DNA of 64,000 bases, taken from an uncultured Sutterella sp. (GTDB taxonomy: Bacteria > Pseudomonadota > Gammaproteobacteria > Burkholderiales > Burkholderiaceae_F). Under the pieces are notes generated by a model. It ran no database searches. It had not been told where the DNA came from and worked only from the letters and a program-made list of their open reading frames with translations. The position numbers and the translations under genes are program-made. Shown here piece after piece: positions 20,155 to 30,446 of this stretch. The stretch lies in the NCBI GenBank assembly GCA_900544345.1, contig UQUR01000002.1, positions 47,160 to 111,159 of the forward strand, given 5' to 3'. Positions within the stretch are counted from its first letter, which is position 1. Each line of letters opens with the position of its first letter.

Positions 20155-21813
20155 CTAAAGTCTAACAATCTCGACTTCCCGATCTTCAATATGAAAGCGA
20201 ATATCAATCGCCTCACCCAAAAGTCTCTTAGTATGCTTTCGAATTTTATCAACTGAAGCTTCTTCGAGCGGCGCCGGAGCCAAGAGTGTCACATCTAGAC
20301 TCAATGCCTGACCTTTTTTCTCAAGCTTTAGAGCACTCACCATTGAACGGTGTGTACGATCTAAATTCTCAGCGATAAAAAGTGAAAGTGCAGCCCACTT
20401 CTCAGACTCGGTCACTGCTGGACCAGATAAGAATGCCGGCAATTCTCCGCTCGGTCTTGAGTGCCAGAACACCAACCTTGCCATTGTTAGAACTTCCTGT
20501 TCAGTAAAGCCCAACAATGGACTGTGCCGAACCAAATAAGCTCCGTGCATATAGTGTTTATCGTATGAAATCGCAATGCCGATATCATGCAAACGAGCAC
20601 TATAGCCGATTAGTTCCTCTAAACCAGGTTGATCAGCAAACAGTTTAAGTTTTCTGGCCTGCTCATAAAGGCTAAGCGCCAACAACCCCATATGTTTAGC
20701 ATGCGCTTTTTCACAGTGATAATGCTTGGCAAGCGTTTTGACGCTCTTTTTACGCCAGGAGTTTTCTTTTTTGCCGTCGCGCTCAAAATGTCTTTCAAGG
20801 TAGTCAACCACCTGACCATCCTGAAGGTTATTGGGCGTGATGTAAACGCAAGGTAAATCAAGCGTCTGCAAAATTGTGAGCAAAATCGCAGCGCCGCCCA
20901 CAATCACCTGAGCTCGAGCGGGACTTAACCCCGGCAAACGCTCTCTTTCTCTGGAAGTCAATTGAGAAAGCGATTTCGCAAGCGAGGCAATTTGGGAGCA
21001 TTTTAATTCAATACCCTCTGGGTACTGAACGAAACCGCCGCTTTCACCAAATTTAGCTTGAGCTAAAGTTAAAAGCGCCTGAGCTGTTCCCGAACTGGCA
21101 ATTGCGGCCTTATAGTGACTTCTCTCAATCTTTTTAAGAATATGCTGTATTTTTTCGAGAGCTCGCTGCTGCATCTTCGAAAAAACACTCGCGGAGACTT
21201 TACCCTGAGCATTGCCTTTGAAGGCGTCAGTCATCATCACGCAACCGATATTTAGTGACTCCAAAAATGAAATCTTTTCCCTAGAGGAAACAGATATTTC
21301 GGTACTGCCGCCGCCGATATCGATAAACAAAAAAGCGTCTTTCGTTTTAGGCAAAGAGTCCCAAATACCTACACGAATGAGTCGTGCCTCTTCTTCACCG
21401 GAAATCACCTGAAGGTCAAAACCGGTTTTTTGCTTGACCTGATTAACAAAATCCATACTGTTTGTGGCTACACGAAGCGCAGCAGTACCTACAGCTACCA
21501 CTTCACTTACACCATACGTACGGCAGACTTGCGCAAAGTCGCTCAAGCAGGACAAGGCTCGCTGCATCGCCTGGGGTTGAAGCTCTTTCGTTTCAAAAGC
21601 TCCTTCTCCCAAACGAACCATGCTTTTGACGCGATTTAAAACTGTCACGCGACCTCGGCGGTCAAACTCCACCACTGTCAAGCGCGACGAGTTACTACCT
21701 AAGTCAATAAATCCCACCCGAGTAACCGTTGGATTCGGACGAACAAAAGCGGAGGACTCAGACTTAGCTGATTCCTCTGCCAGGTTCAAATATTGATGAT
21801 TCACGGTCAACAT
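20155..21813 (-). CDS. ppx: Exopolyphosphatase (Ppx/GppA phosphatase with a C-terminal HD domain)
   Basis: N-terminal actin-like ATPase fold (GFIDLGSNSSRLTV, DIGGGSTE) and a C-terminal HD region (HYHCEKAHAKH, ARLHDIG). Confidence 0.85.
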   Translation of the reverse strand: MLTVNHQYLNLAEESAKSESSAFVRPNPTVTRVGFIDLGSNSSRLTVVEFDRRGRVTVLNRVKSMVRLGEGAFETKELQPQAMQRALSCLSDFAQVCRTYGVSEVVAVGTAALRVATNSMDFVNQVKQKTGFDLQVISGEEEARLIRVGIWDSLPKTKDAFLFIDIGGGSTEISVSSREKISFLESLNIGCVMMTDAFKGNAQGKVSASVFSKMQQRALEKIQHILKKIERSHYKAAIASSGTAQALLTLAQAKFGESGGFVQYPEGIELKCSQIASLAKSLSQLTSRERERLPGLSPARAQVIVGGAAILLTILQTLDLPCVYITPNNLQDGQVVDYLERHFERDGKKENSWRKKSVKTLAKHYHCEKAHAKHMGLLALSLYEQARKLKLFADQPGLEELIGYSARLHDIGIAISYDKHYMHGAYLVRHSPLLGFTEQEVLTMARLVFWHSRPSGELPAFLSGPAVTESEKWAALSLFIAENLDRTHRSMVSALKLEKKGQALSLDVTLLAPAPLEEASVDKIRKHTKRLLGEAIDIRFHIEDREVEIVRL

Positions 21814-21815
21814 TC

Positions 21816-24131
21816 CTAGTACAGACTCTTTAAGTGATTCTGAGCGTTCTGAGCGTCTACTTTCTTCACCCCTTTACCGCGAACATAGCGTTTGTAGGCA
21901 CCCGTGGGTTCCATGATCCAGGACTGTTCGGTATCAGATAATTGCAGACGCAAAATTTCAGTCATGATATTACGTCGAATCTTTTCATTGTCAATCGGGG
22001 CAAGCACTTCGATACGACCGTTCAAATTTCGGTTCATCATATCCGCGCTCCCAATGTACATTTTTTCATCGCCATTATGGTTAAACCAGTACACTCGGGC
22101 GTGTTCCAAGTAACGACCGACAATTGATTTGACTGTGATATTTTCAGAAAGCCCTGCAATACCCGGACGCAAGCAGCAAATACCGCGCACCACGCATTCA
22201 ATCTTAACGCCTGCTATGCTCGCTTTATAAAGTTCGGCAATGATGTCACCGTCAACCAATTGATTGCACTTAATGATGATGTGGCCGTTTCCGTGCTCAC
22301 GATGAAGTTCAACTTCTTCCTGAATGAGTTTAGTAATTGAGGGACGAAGGCTCTTTGGTGAAACAAAGAGCTTACGATAGTTTTTGATATCACCGCACCC
22401 TGTCATGACATTAAACAAATCAGTGACATCGGCACAAATCTCATCATCGGCTGTAATTAAACCTAAATCCGTGTAAATCTTTGCCGACGATGCGTTGTAG
22501 TTACCAGTACCAATATGCACATAGCGCTTAATACCGCCTGCTTCCCTTCTGACAACCAAACAAAGCTTAGCGTGAATTTTTAAACCGACAAAACCGTAAA
22601 CGACATTAACACCGGCGCGTTCAAGCTCTTCGGCCCAGTTAATATTGCGCTCTTCGTCAAAACGAGCCTTCAATTCAACGACAGCCGTCACTTGTTTACC
22701 GCGGCGACGCGCTTCCAAAAGGCTACGGATCACGGGAGAATCACTACCGCAACGATAAAGCGTTTGCTTAATAGCCACCACCTTCGGGTCACGGGCGGCC
22801 TGATCAATGAAATTTAATACCGCCTGGAATCGATCATATGGATGATACAAAACAATATCGCGCTTCTTGATCGCTTCAAAGCAATCTTTTTCGCCGTCAA
22901 GCTCTTTGGCGAGCTTAGTCGGATCGGGCTTGTATTGCAGTTTCGGTCTGTCAATGCAGCCCAAACTCATGAATTCAGAGAAGGCAAGCGGGATCTTTTG
23001 CTTATAGATTTGATGAGGCTTAACTTCCAGATGCTCAATCAAAAGATCAGCCAAACGCACAGGCATACCACGCCCCATCTCCACTCGCACAATGTCGCCA
23101 AAACGTCTTTGGTCCACGTAGTCACGAACGGCTGCAAGCAAATCATCGGCTTCATCTTCTTCGATTTCACCGTCGGTGTTACGGGTGATTCGGAATTGTC
23201 CGGCAGCATTGACTTTGTAGCCAGGGAAAAGTCTGTCCATGCACTCTTCAATCAGGTCTTCAACCAACACGACATTGAGTTCAGTGTAGTTGGAATCAAA
23301 AACCAGTTTAGGATTGATTTCCTCTTTACCTTTTGGCAAGTAGAGGAAACGCGGCACATTGTTAGGACACTTCAGACGGGCATAACGCACATCGTTTTTA
23401 TCTTTTTCATTGACCAATTCAATAATGAAATTGATACTAGTGTTTGAAACTAGTGGGAACGGGTGCCCCGAGTCAATCGCTTGAGGGGTCAGAATCGGGA
23501 AAATTTCATTATCAAAATAGTTGCTTAATATTTCACGCTTTTTCTGAGGCAAGTCGGCATAGTTCACTATGCGAATGGACTGCTTTTCCATTTCAGGCAA
23601 AAGGTTCTTTTTCCAAAGATCTTCAGCGACTTCGGTCAAAGCACGAACTCGGCGCCCAATTTCGGCAAGCTGTCGTCTCGGAGGCAACTTATCGGCCCCC
23701 GTTGCCTCTGCTCCGCTTTGGACCTGTTTCCAAACGTTGGCCACACGGACCATAAAGAATTCATCCAAATTGTTAAAGAAAATGGATAAAAACTTCAAGC
23801 GTTCCAAAAGGGGCACTGAAGTATCAGCAGCTTGCTCCAATACCTTTCTATCAAAATCAATCCAATTAATTTCGCGATTGAGATAAAACTCCGGATTGGT
23901 AACATCGACGGGTTTGCCGCTTGGAATTTTCGGAACGGGCATCAATTTTTTCTGAGGGACACGGCGAACACGTTTTGAAGCTGCCATTGTCTTTTTTGCA
24001 GGCACTGTCTTAGCACCTTCCTTTTTATTGATTTCGGTCTTATTTTCCACCATTTCACCTGTACGATCGAGTGCAGAAAAGTCCCCCTGACCTTCTGCTA
24101 CAGTCATTACCGAATCATTCGCCTTGCTCAT
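21816..24131 (-). CDS. ppk: Polyphosphate kinase 1
   Basis: 771 aa with PPK1 N, H and C1/C2 (PLD-like) domains and the conserved blocks INWIDFDRKVLEQAAD, HAKLCLVVRRE and HxK. It ends 2 nt upstream of ppx in ppk–ppx operon arrangement. About 75 extra Lys-rich N-terminal residues relative to typical PPK1 leave the start uncertain. Confidence 0.88.
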   Translation of the reverse strand: MSKANDSVMTVAEGQGDFSALDRTGEMVENKTEINKKEGAKTVPAKKTMAASKRVRRVPQKKLMPVPKIPSGKPVDVTNPEFYLNREINWIDFDRKVLEQAADTSVPLLERLKFLSIFFNNLDEFFMVRVANVWKQVQSGAEATGADKLPPRRQLAEIGRRVRALTEVAEDLWKKNLLPEMEKQSIRIVNYADLPQKKREILSNYFDNEIFPILTPQAIDSGHPFPLVSNTSINFIIELVNEKDKNDVRYARLKCPNNVPRFLYLPKGKEEINPKLVFDSNYTELNVVLVEDLIEECMDRLFPGYKVNAAGQFRITRNTDGEIEEDEADDLLAAVRDYVDQRRFGDIVRVEMGRGMPVRLADLLIEHLEVKPHQIYKQKIPLAFSEFMSLGCIDRPKLQYKPDPTKLAKELDGEKDCFEAIKKRDIVLYHPYDRFQAVLNFIDQAARDPKVVAIKQTLYRCGSDSPVIRSLLEARRRGKQVTAVVELKARFDEERNINWAEELERAGVNVVYGFVGLKIHAKLCLVVRREAGGIKRYVHIGTGNYNASSAKIYTDLGLITADDEICADVTDLFNVMTGCGDIKNYRKLFVSPKSLRPSITKLIQEEVELHREHGNGHIIIKCNQLVDGDIIAELYKASIAGVKIECVVRGICCLRPGIAGLSENITVKSIVGRYLEHARVYWFNHNGDEKMYIGSADMMNRNLNGRIEVLAPIDNEKIRRNIMTEILRLQLSDTEQSWIMEPTGAYKRYVRGKGVKKVDAQNAQNHLKSLY

Positions 24132-24264
24132 TGATTGTCTCCGAAATTAAGCACTAAGACTAAAAGCTTCATTTTGACGGAGAAATATGACAAGACAATG
24201 AAGATAATCTTAATGTAGCACTATTAGTGCTCCAATCGTTGTGATTTTTGTTTCAGAAAAAAAT

Positions 24265-24313
24265 AAACCCGCTACGGGCCAACCGAAAGCCAACGTAACG
24301 GGTTTAGTTTTTT
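24265..24313 (-). terminator. Stem-loop followed by a T-run downstream of the hsp20 gene (minus strand)
   Basis: AAACCCG...CGGGTTT inverted repeat followed by TTTATTTTTTT on the minus strand. Confidence 0.45.
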
Positions 24314-24343
24314 ATCGCTGATCAGAGGCAATTCGCTCAAAAA

Positions 24344-24796
24344 TTATTTGATCAAAATTTGCTTTTGAACGGGCGCTTCAGGAGCCTTCTTCGGGACACT
24401 GATCTGAAGGATACCGTTTTCAAACTTCGCTTCAATATCTTCTTCGCGAACCTGTTCGCCTACATAAAAGCTTCTCGAGCAAGAGCCAGAGTAACGTTCA
24501 CGACGGATATAGCGGCCAGTCTTTTCTTCTTTTTCGTTGTGTTCAACACCCTTTTGGGCCGTAATCGTTAGGTAACCGTCCTTCAATTGAGCCTGAATAT
24601 CTTCTTTCTTAAAGCCAGGCAAATCCACATCCAACTCATAGCTGCTGTCCGTCTCACGGATATCGGTCTTCATAATACGTGAAGCGTTCTTACCGAAAAG
24701 CGGATCGTGTTTACGCTGACCTTCATAAGAGGTCAAACCAAACATATTGTCTAAGTCATCAAAAAGGTTCTCACCGTACACAGTAGGAAATAGCAT
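24344..24796 (-). CDS. Small heat shock protein, Hsp20/alpha-crystallin family (IbpA-like)
   Basis: Alpha-crystallin domain (ELDVDLPGFKKEDIQAQLKDGYLTITAQK...GILQISVPK). The start is set at the ATG 24796, which has a GAGGAG ribosome-binding site 6 nt upstream; the ORF track extends to 24880. Confidence 0.82.
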   Translation of the reverse strand: MLFPTVYGENLFDDLDNMFGLTSYEGQRKHDPLFGKNASRIMKTDIRETDSSYELDVDLPGFKKEDIQAQLKDGYLTITAQKGVEHNEKEEKTGRYIRRERYSGSCSRSFYVGEQVREEDIEAKFENGILQISVPKKAPEAPVQKQILIK

Positions 24797-25127
24797 CTCA
24801 AACTCCTCAATTCTCATCATCGAGGGCAAAGCTATTATGATTTCCGTAAGCTTCAGCCTCGAGTATTCTTTCGCTCTCAAGCAGTGCTTTTAAACACTGC
24901 TCATCGCTTCCTACTTGCGTATGTGAGTTCTTTTTTCATCATTTAAAGATCCAAGATGTATCAAATTGTAACGCTCTTACAAAAAGTAGCTATTTGTCTT
25001 TACTCATGACTTATTTTTAAGCAACAACACTTGTATTATTAGGGACTGGCAAAATTAATTGCTTAAAGCGCCCGAACGCACGTAAGTACGCGTGAGGTCA
25101 AGAAAAAAAACAAGCGGAGAAAGAACT

Positions 25128-25346
25128 ATGGTTACAACTTTTGATAAGGAAAAAACCCGTCAATTGCTCACCTATCGTATGGAGCAGGGTTTGACCCAAA
25201 TGGAAGTGGCAAAACGGATGGGAACGGTACAACCTGCTGTCGCCCGTCTGGAAGGTAAATTAAGCCGCGGCATTTATCCGTCTGTGACCACCTTGCAAAA
25301 ATACGCTCAAGCTTTAGGTAAAAATGTTGTCCTGAAGTTTGAATAG
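25128..25346 (+). CDS. Small XRE-family helix-turn-helix transcriptional regulator (72 aa)
   Basis: HTH_3-like GLTQMEVAKRMGTVQPAVARLE. The start is taken at the ATG 25128 with a GGAGA site upstream, rather than the GTG 25092 of the ORF track. No partner toxin ORF was found nearby. Confidence 0.65.
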   Translation: MVTTFDKEKTRQLLTYRMEQGLTQMEVAKRMGTVQPAVARLEGKLSRGIYPSVTTLQKYAQALGKNVVLKFE

Positions 25347-25552
25347 TCAAAAATGATTTCTCCGGAAACTGTCCGGCTTCTATAAAGCCAATGATCGTTT
25401 GTTTTCATTTGCTTTGGTGGGTGGGCAGTTTGACGGTTTTCATCAGTACTTAAACTTTCTGACAACTCGAAAACAAACTCCCTTAGCCCGCATCCCTGTT
25501 AAAATCCCTCCAAGTCAATATTGTTGCGATAAGTTTCCTGTTTTCAATTCTT

Positions 25553-26221
25553 ATGGCAGAACATCAAATTAAACTCATCCTGGTTGAAAATGACGCGGGG
25601 GTGCGGTTGCGTCTTCAGCGCACTCTGGAGGGTCAACCCGATATCCATCTGATCGGTGCAGCGACCACAAAAAGAGAAGCCGATTTATTAATCGCTCAGT
25701 TTCCGTTTCAGATGCTAATTGCCGATCTGGATTTGCCTGACGGCTTCGGACTTGAATTAATTCGCAAAACAGCCGCTGAGCACACTGATGTAGACATCAT
25801 GGTACTAGCCGACAGCAATGACGATCCCCATGTGGTGAGCGCCATTGAGTCTGGTGCAACCGGTTATGTCCTCAAAGATGAAATTGAAACAAGTCTCGTA
25901 TCAGCCATTCGTCTTTTAGCGGCTGGCGGCTCGCCTGTGAGTCCAACGGTGGCTAAAAGTGTGCTCAGAGCATTGCGCACTTACACCAACCATTCCATTG
26001 AAAAAGCTCCAGCAAACTTACAATCCAACCCTTTATCTGAGCGCGAAACTGAAATTTTGCAGCTTCTTGCTAAAGGTATGAGTTTTAGCGAAATCGGAGA
26101 AATTCTTACAATATCGCCTCATACAGTCACTGCTCATATCAAAAAAATTTATCGTAAGTTGCAAGTTCATTCTCGCGGTGAAGCCGTATATGAAGCCGCT
26201 CAAATGGGCCTAATTCCTTAG
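25553..26221 (+). CDS. Response regulator, NarL/FixJ (LuxR C-terminal HTH) family
   Basis: Receiver domain with a phospho-acceptor-like Asp (MLIADLDLPDG) and a LuxR-type HTH (SERETEILQLLAKGMSFSEIGEILTISPHTVTAHIKKIYRKL). No histidine kinase gene is adjacent. Confidence 0.85.
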   Translation: MAEHQIKLILVENDAGVRLRLQRTLEGQPDIHLIGAATTKREADLLIAQFPFQMLIADLDLPDGFGLELIRKTAAEHTDVDIMVLADSNDDPHVVSAIESGATGYVLKDEIETSLVSAIRLLAAGGSPVSPTVAKSVLRALRTYTNHSIEKAPANLQSNPLSERETEILQLLAKGMSFSEIGEILTISPHTVTAHIKKIYRKLQVHSRGEAVYEAAQMGLIP

Positions 26222-26225
26222 TTTT

Positions 26226-27122
26226 ATGACAACACCCTTATTGTTTAGGTTCTTGGGGCTATCCACACTTGTCATCGCTTTTTGCCTCATGACAGTTATG
26301 GCGCATCGCACTAAAGTGCATGCTCAATTAACCCGAATGATCGGACTGGGTATTGCCTGTGCACTCATCACCTGCGCTTGGTGGATCAATACATCGACTT
26401 TTCAGACATTAAACTTCGCCTCTCAAAGCCTTTCAAGCCTGCTCTTTTTCGTTATTGGCATTATCTACTCCGGTGCTGTTATGTGCTCACAGTCTGCTGT
26501 CAGATGGGCTGGAGCTTTCGCGGCCTGCCTTTTAGTGATTGTAGGATTTGTGTTGGATGCGCTTTACCACGCTCGGACAACCGATGTCGCTATCGCCTTT
26601 GCGATCGATCTTTTAAGTGTGAACTTTTTAGGCCACCTTTTACGTGCTCGAGTCAATCAAGCACTACTTCGATCCCCTCAAAAAACGTCTTTGGCTGATG
26701 AGCCTTTTGAGGCTCTTACCCGATTGATGAAAAAGTTCCCACAGTTAAATCAAGAGGAAGACTTTGTTAACTGCCTGAAATCCATTGACTGTTCCAGTCA
26801 TCAAGCCAAAGTATTTTTAAACAATGTTTTGGCTCTTAAAAATTGCACGGTTGATGTACATTTTGATAACACAATCCCCGCGCAGGCGCTTTTAAACATT
26901 TCTTGGCTTTACCGCGAAGTCTTGCACCAGGTTAAAGGACTTGAAATTTCTACTTTCTCATTAACAAAAAAACAGAGCAGTTTGCTTTTAACACTGATTG
27001 CTTCAAACAGAATCGCTTTAACTCATAAAGATCTCTCCCCACTTTTTCATTTACAGGCTGATTGTGTTCAAACACATGTAGATGAAAAAGAAATCCGCAT
27101 TCTATTGGGTATTCGCTTTTAA
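26226..27122 (+). CDS. Hypothetical integral membrane protein (about 4–5 transmembrane segments plus a roughly 150-aa C-terminal soluble domain), no recognised family
   Basis: Starts 5 nt after the response regulator stop. Hydrophobic N-terminal half; no H-box or HATPase motifs that I can see. Confidence 0.55.
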   Translation: MTTPLLFRFLGLSTLVIAFCLMTVMAHRTKVHAQLTRMIGLGIACALITCAWWINTSTFQTLNFASQSLSSLLFFVIGIIYSGAVMCSQSAVRWAGAFAACLLVIVGFVLDALYHARTTDVAIAFAIDLLSVNFLGHLLRARVNQALLRSPQKTSLADEPFEALTRLMKKFPQLNQEEDFVNCLKSIDCSSHQAKVFLNNVLALKNCTVDVHFDNTIPAQALLNISWLYREVLHQVKGLEISTFSLTKKQSSLLLTLIASNRIALTHKDLSPLFHLQADCVQTHVDEKEIRILLGIRF

Positions 27123-27133
27123 TCGATTTTTTT

Positions 27134-28105
27134 ATGAAGAAACTTTTTATTTTTTCCCTAGCCATTTCTTTGTCCATACCGCTTTATGCACAGGAAACTA
27201 TCTGGCCCGGCGATAAACCGTTAAGACTCGTCGTACCCTTTCCAGCCGGAGGTGGAGCTGACATCATCGCCAGAACCATAAGTGAAGAACTATCGAAAAA
27301 TATCGGTCAAAAAATTATTGTGGAAAATCGAGCTGGCGCAGGTGGCTCTTTAGGGACTCAATGGGCTTTAAAAGAAAAAAATGACGGAAGAACTTTGATC
27401 TATGTCACTAACGGCACTTTGTGCACCAATCCTGCGCTGTATCCTAAAGTAGGCTACAACGTCAATCAGGATATCGAACCAGTCGGCCGTCTGACTGATA
27501 TCACGCTTGTCATGGCGGTCAACCCGAAACGTATGCCAGTAAAAAGTCTTGACGACTTTCTAAATAAAGCACAGAAAAACACCAAACCTTTAACTTTTTC
27601 TTCTTCCGGCAATGGTACCACTAGCCACCTGGCCGGAGTCCTTTTAGGACAACAAACCGGTTTAACTTTTGAACACATTCCCTATCGAGGCGGTGCGGCC
27701 TCTATGACTGATATGTTGGCCGGGCGAATTGACTTTATTATCGATGTTGCTCCCAACGTATTGCCACATGTGCAAGCTGCTCGTCTTCTCGCATTAGGTA
27801 CAGGCTCAAAAAGCATCAAAGAGTCAGACATTACGATTGAACCTCTTAAAAACTTAGGCCTTAAAGACTATGAGCTTTTTGCTTGGGACGGTATAGCTGT
27901 GAAAAAGGGCACCGCTCATGAAGTTGTGACAAGACTTTCCGAAGCCATTGAAAAAACTCTGTCAAACGATCGTGTACGTCAACTACTGATTGCCAGAGGC
28001 GCTCAACCCGTACAAAGTACCCCAGAAGAATTTTCCCGTTTTGTTCAATCTGAACAAAAAAAATGGGCTGAGCTTGTTAAAAACTCTCAAACCTCTTTAG
28101 ACTGA
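27134..28105 (+). CDS. Bug-family (TctC-like) tripartite tricarboxylate transporter substrate-binding protein, periplasmic
   Basis: Signal peptide and Bug/TctC hallmarks (LRLVVPFPAGGGADIIAR...VENRAGAGGSLG). There are no tctA/tctB genes next to it, so it is an orphan Bug. Confidence 0.85.
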   Translation: MKKLFIFSLAISLSIPLYAQETIWPGDKPLRLVVPFPAGGGADIIARTISEELSKNIGQKIIVENRAGAGGSLGTQWALKEKNDGRTLIYVTNGTLCTNPALYPKVGYNVNQDIEPVGRLTDITLVMAVNPKRMPVKSLDDFLNKAQKNTKPLTFSSSGNGTTSHLAGVLLGQQTGLTFEHIPYRGGAASMTDMLAGRIDFIIDVAPNVLPHVQAARLLALGTGSKSIKESDITIEPLKNLGLKDYELFAWDGIAVKKGTAHEVVTRLSEAIEKTLSNDRVRQLLIARGAQPVQSTPEEFSRFVQSEQKKWAELVKNSQTSLD

Positions 28106-28133
28106 TGGGGTTTTAACTTTAGGAAATTGAATC

Positions 28134-28976
28134 ATGGAAAACGAACGCGAAATTAAAAAAGCACTTAATTGGCAGCCCGCTGGTGAATTCTCAGATATTT
28201 TGTATGACAAAGCCGAAGGCATCGCTAAACTGACAATTAACCGCCCCAGAGTTCGAAACGCTTTTCGACCTGAAACGGTCCAGCAACTCTGCCAGGCCTT
28301 CTGTGATGCTCGCGAAGATCCCGAAATCGGAGTAATCATATTAACAGGTGCAGGTCCCTTAGCTTTTTGTTCCGGCGGAGACCAAAAAGTTCGCGGTAAC
28401 GGCGGCTACGTCGGAGGAGACGGCGTTCCGCGCTTAAATGTGCTCGATTTTCAACGCATGATACGAACCTGTCCCAAACCCGTCATCGCCATGGTGGCTG
28501 GTTATGCGATCGGGGGCGGACATGTTCTTCACATGCTGTGCGATCTGACGATTGCAGCCGATAACGCACGATTTGGTCAGACAGGTCCTCGCGTCGGCAG
28601 TTTTGACGGCGGCTGGGGTGCCTCCTACATGGCTCGTCTCATCGGACAAAAGCGCGCTCGTGAAATGTGGTTCCTTTGCCGACAATATGATGCTCAGCAA
28701 GCGCTCCAAATGGGCTTGGTGAACACGGTAGTCCCACTTGAAGAACTTGAGGTTGAAACGGTGAAGTGGTGCAAAGAAATTCTTGCCAATAGTCCGATTG
28801 CCATTCGTTGCCTCAAAGCTGCGCTCAACGCCGATTGTGACGGCCAGGCTGGTATCCAGGAGCTAGCTGGGAACGCCACCCTTCTTTACTACATGACCGA
28901 AGAAGGCAAAGAAGGCAAGAACGCTTTCCTTGAAAAGCGTCGTCCAGACTTTAGCAAATTCCCACGTCTACCCTAA
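28134..28976 (+). CDS. menB: 1,4-dihydroxy-2-naphthoyl-CoA synthase (menaquinone biosynthesis, crotonase fold)
   Basis: 280 aa, full-length MenB conservation ([17 protein letters not shown]...[44 protein letters not shown]). Confidence 0.9.
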   Translation: MENEREIKKALNWQPAGEFSDILYDKAEGIAKLTINRPRVRNAFRPETVQQLCQAFCDAREDPEIGVIILTGAGPLAFCSGGDQKVRGNGGYVGGDGVPRLNVLDFQRMIRTCPKPVIAMVAGYAIGGGHVLHMLCDLTIAADNARFGQTGPRVGSFDGGWGASYMARLIGQKRAREMWFLCRQYDAQQALQMGLVNTVVPLEELEVETVKWCKEILANSPIAIRCLKAALNADCDGQAGIQELAGNATLLYYMTEEGKEGKNAFLEKRRPDFSKFPRLP

Positions 28977-28982
28977 AGCAAA

Positions 28983-30317
28983 ATGCAGGACGTATTCAGC
29001 ATTTTTGAAGCAGCCCGCGACTGTCCCGATCAGATCGGGCTTCGCCGGGCGGGCGAGGACTACACATTTGCGCGTCTGGCAACGCTTACACGCAATACAA
29101 TTGAGAGGCTCGAAAAAGAAAAAGCCTTACCCGAAGCTGGGCGCCCCATGATTATTGAGGGTACAAATACGGTTGAAACAATCGTCTTTTTGTATGCGCT
29201 TTTAGCCCTAAAGATTCCGGCTTTAATGCTCCATCCAAAGCTCACAGCAGCTGAGCGACGAGTGCTTTTACAAAGTATCAGGAGCATCACCGCGCCGCTT
29301 CCAGAAGATACAGCAGCTATTCTTTTCACATCAGGTACCACAGGGCTACCTAAACCAGCCATTATCACCCGCAAAATGCTCAGAGCATCGGCACAAGCCA
29401 GTGAAAATAATCTTGGTTGGAAAGACGATGACTGCTGGCAGCTGTGTATGTCCATCACTCGAATAGGGGGACTTTCTATTCTTACGCGCTGTCTGGCAGC
29501 ACGCAAAACATTGGCGATTTCACCATTATTTAACCCTAAGTCCTTCACCGAGGCACTAGTTAAAGACTGTGTAACCATCACAAGCATTGTGCCCACAATG
29601 CTTGCCAAAGTATTTGAAGAATACCCTAACTGGACGGCTCCTAAACACTTGCGTGTTATCCTTTTAGGCGGCTCTTCAGCTAACGATAAACTGCTTGAAA
29701 AAGCTCATGCCCAGGGGCTTCCGATCGTAACGACTTACGGGATGACAGAAACGTGTTCTCATGTTGTCATGACACCTTATGAAGAACGTTACGGTTTGGT
29801 CAAAGGCAGTGGCAAAGTAATCAATACTGCCCAGATTCGTATTGAAAACGGGCAGATTGAGGTAAAAAGCCCGATGAATACTCCAGGCTACTGGGGACGC
29901 GAGCCGCTAGAAAGTGAGTGGTTTGAGACGGGAGACCTGGGTGCGTTCGATGAAGACAAAGTTTTACATGTCTATGCCAGACGTCATGATCTGATTTTAA
30001 GCGCAGGGGAAAATGTCTACCCGCTTGAAGTTGAAAATATGCTCACTCGTTCGCCCTTTATCAAAGAGGCACTTGTTGTAGGCGAACCTGATGAAACTTG
30101 GGGTGCTATTGTGTGCGCTTTGATTGTTCCTGAAGACGGCACTCATCCTAAAGCCGAAGACGTCAGACGTTTTTGTAAAGAAACGCTTTCCGCTTATAAG
30201 TGCCCGAGAAAAATTGCTTTTGTTAAGGCTATTCCCCTTAACAATGCCGATAAACCCGATCGACGCCCGCAAGTGCTTGAGCACTACACACTCACTACCT
30301 TACACTATAAACATTAA
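28983..30317 (+). CDS. menE: O-succinylbenzoate–CoA ligase (AMP-binding enzyme)
   Basis: AMP-binding motifs (FTSGTTGLPK, TYGMTE) and a position 7 nt after menB. Confidence 0.75.
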   Translation: MQDVFSIFEAARDCPDQIGLRRAGEDYTFARLATLTRNTIERLEKEKALPEAGRPMIIEGTNTVETIVFLYALLALKIPALMLHPKLTAAERRVLLQSIRSITAPLPEDTAAILFTSGTTGLPKPAIITRKMLRASAQASENNLGWKDDDCWQLCMSITRIGGLSILTRCLAARKTLAISPLFNPKSFTEALVKDCVTITSIVPTMLAKVFEEYPNWTAPKHLRVILLGGSSANDKLLEKAHAQGLPIVTTYGMTETCSHVVMTPYEERYGLVKGSGKVINTAQIRIENGQIEVKSPMNTPGYWGREPLESEWFETGDLGAFDEDKVLHVYARRHDLILSAGENVYPLEVENMLTRSPFIKEALVVGEPDETWGAIVCALIVPEDGTHPKAEDVRRFCKETLSAYKCPRKIAFVKAIPLNNADKPDRRPQVLEHYTLTTLHYKH

Positions 30318-30446
30318 ATCCTAACGATCACGGTACTTTCGAGATGCCGTGATCGTTTGAAAATTGTTTTGACTTGCAACAGAGCTTCTCAAAGGGCTGA
30401 GTGCCTCGCTAAGATTAGCCCTAATGAGTTTCTCCTGACAAAAACT

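Noticed and set aside
22842-23447. 201-aa plus-strand ORF inside ppk, and several other 60–130-aa ORFs embedded antisense in hemN, mltD, recN, glnE, yhdP, tkt and others
   Set aside because: All are nested within strongly supported genes on the other strand, with no ribosome-binding site and no motif support. I treat them as spurious.
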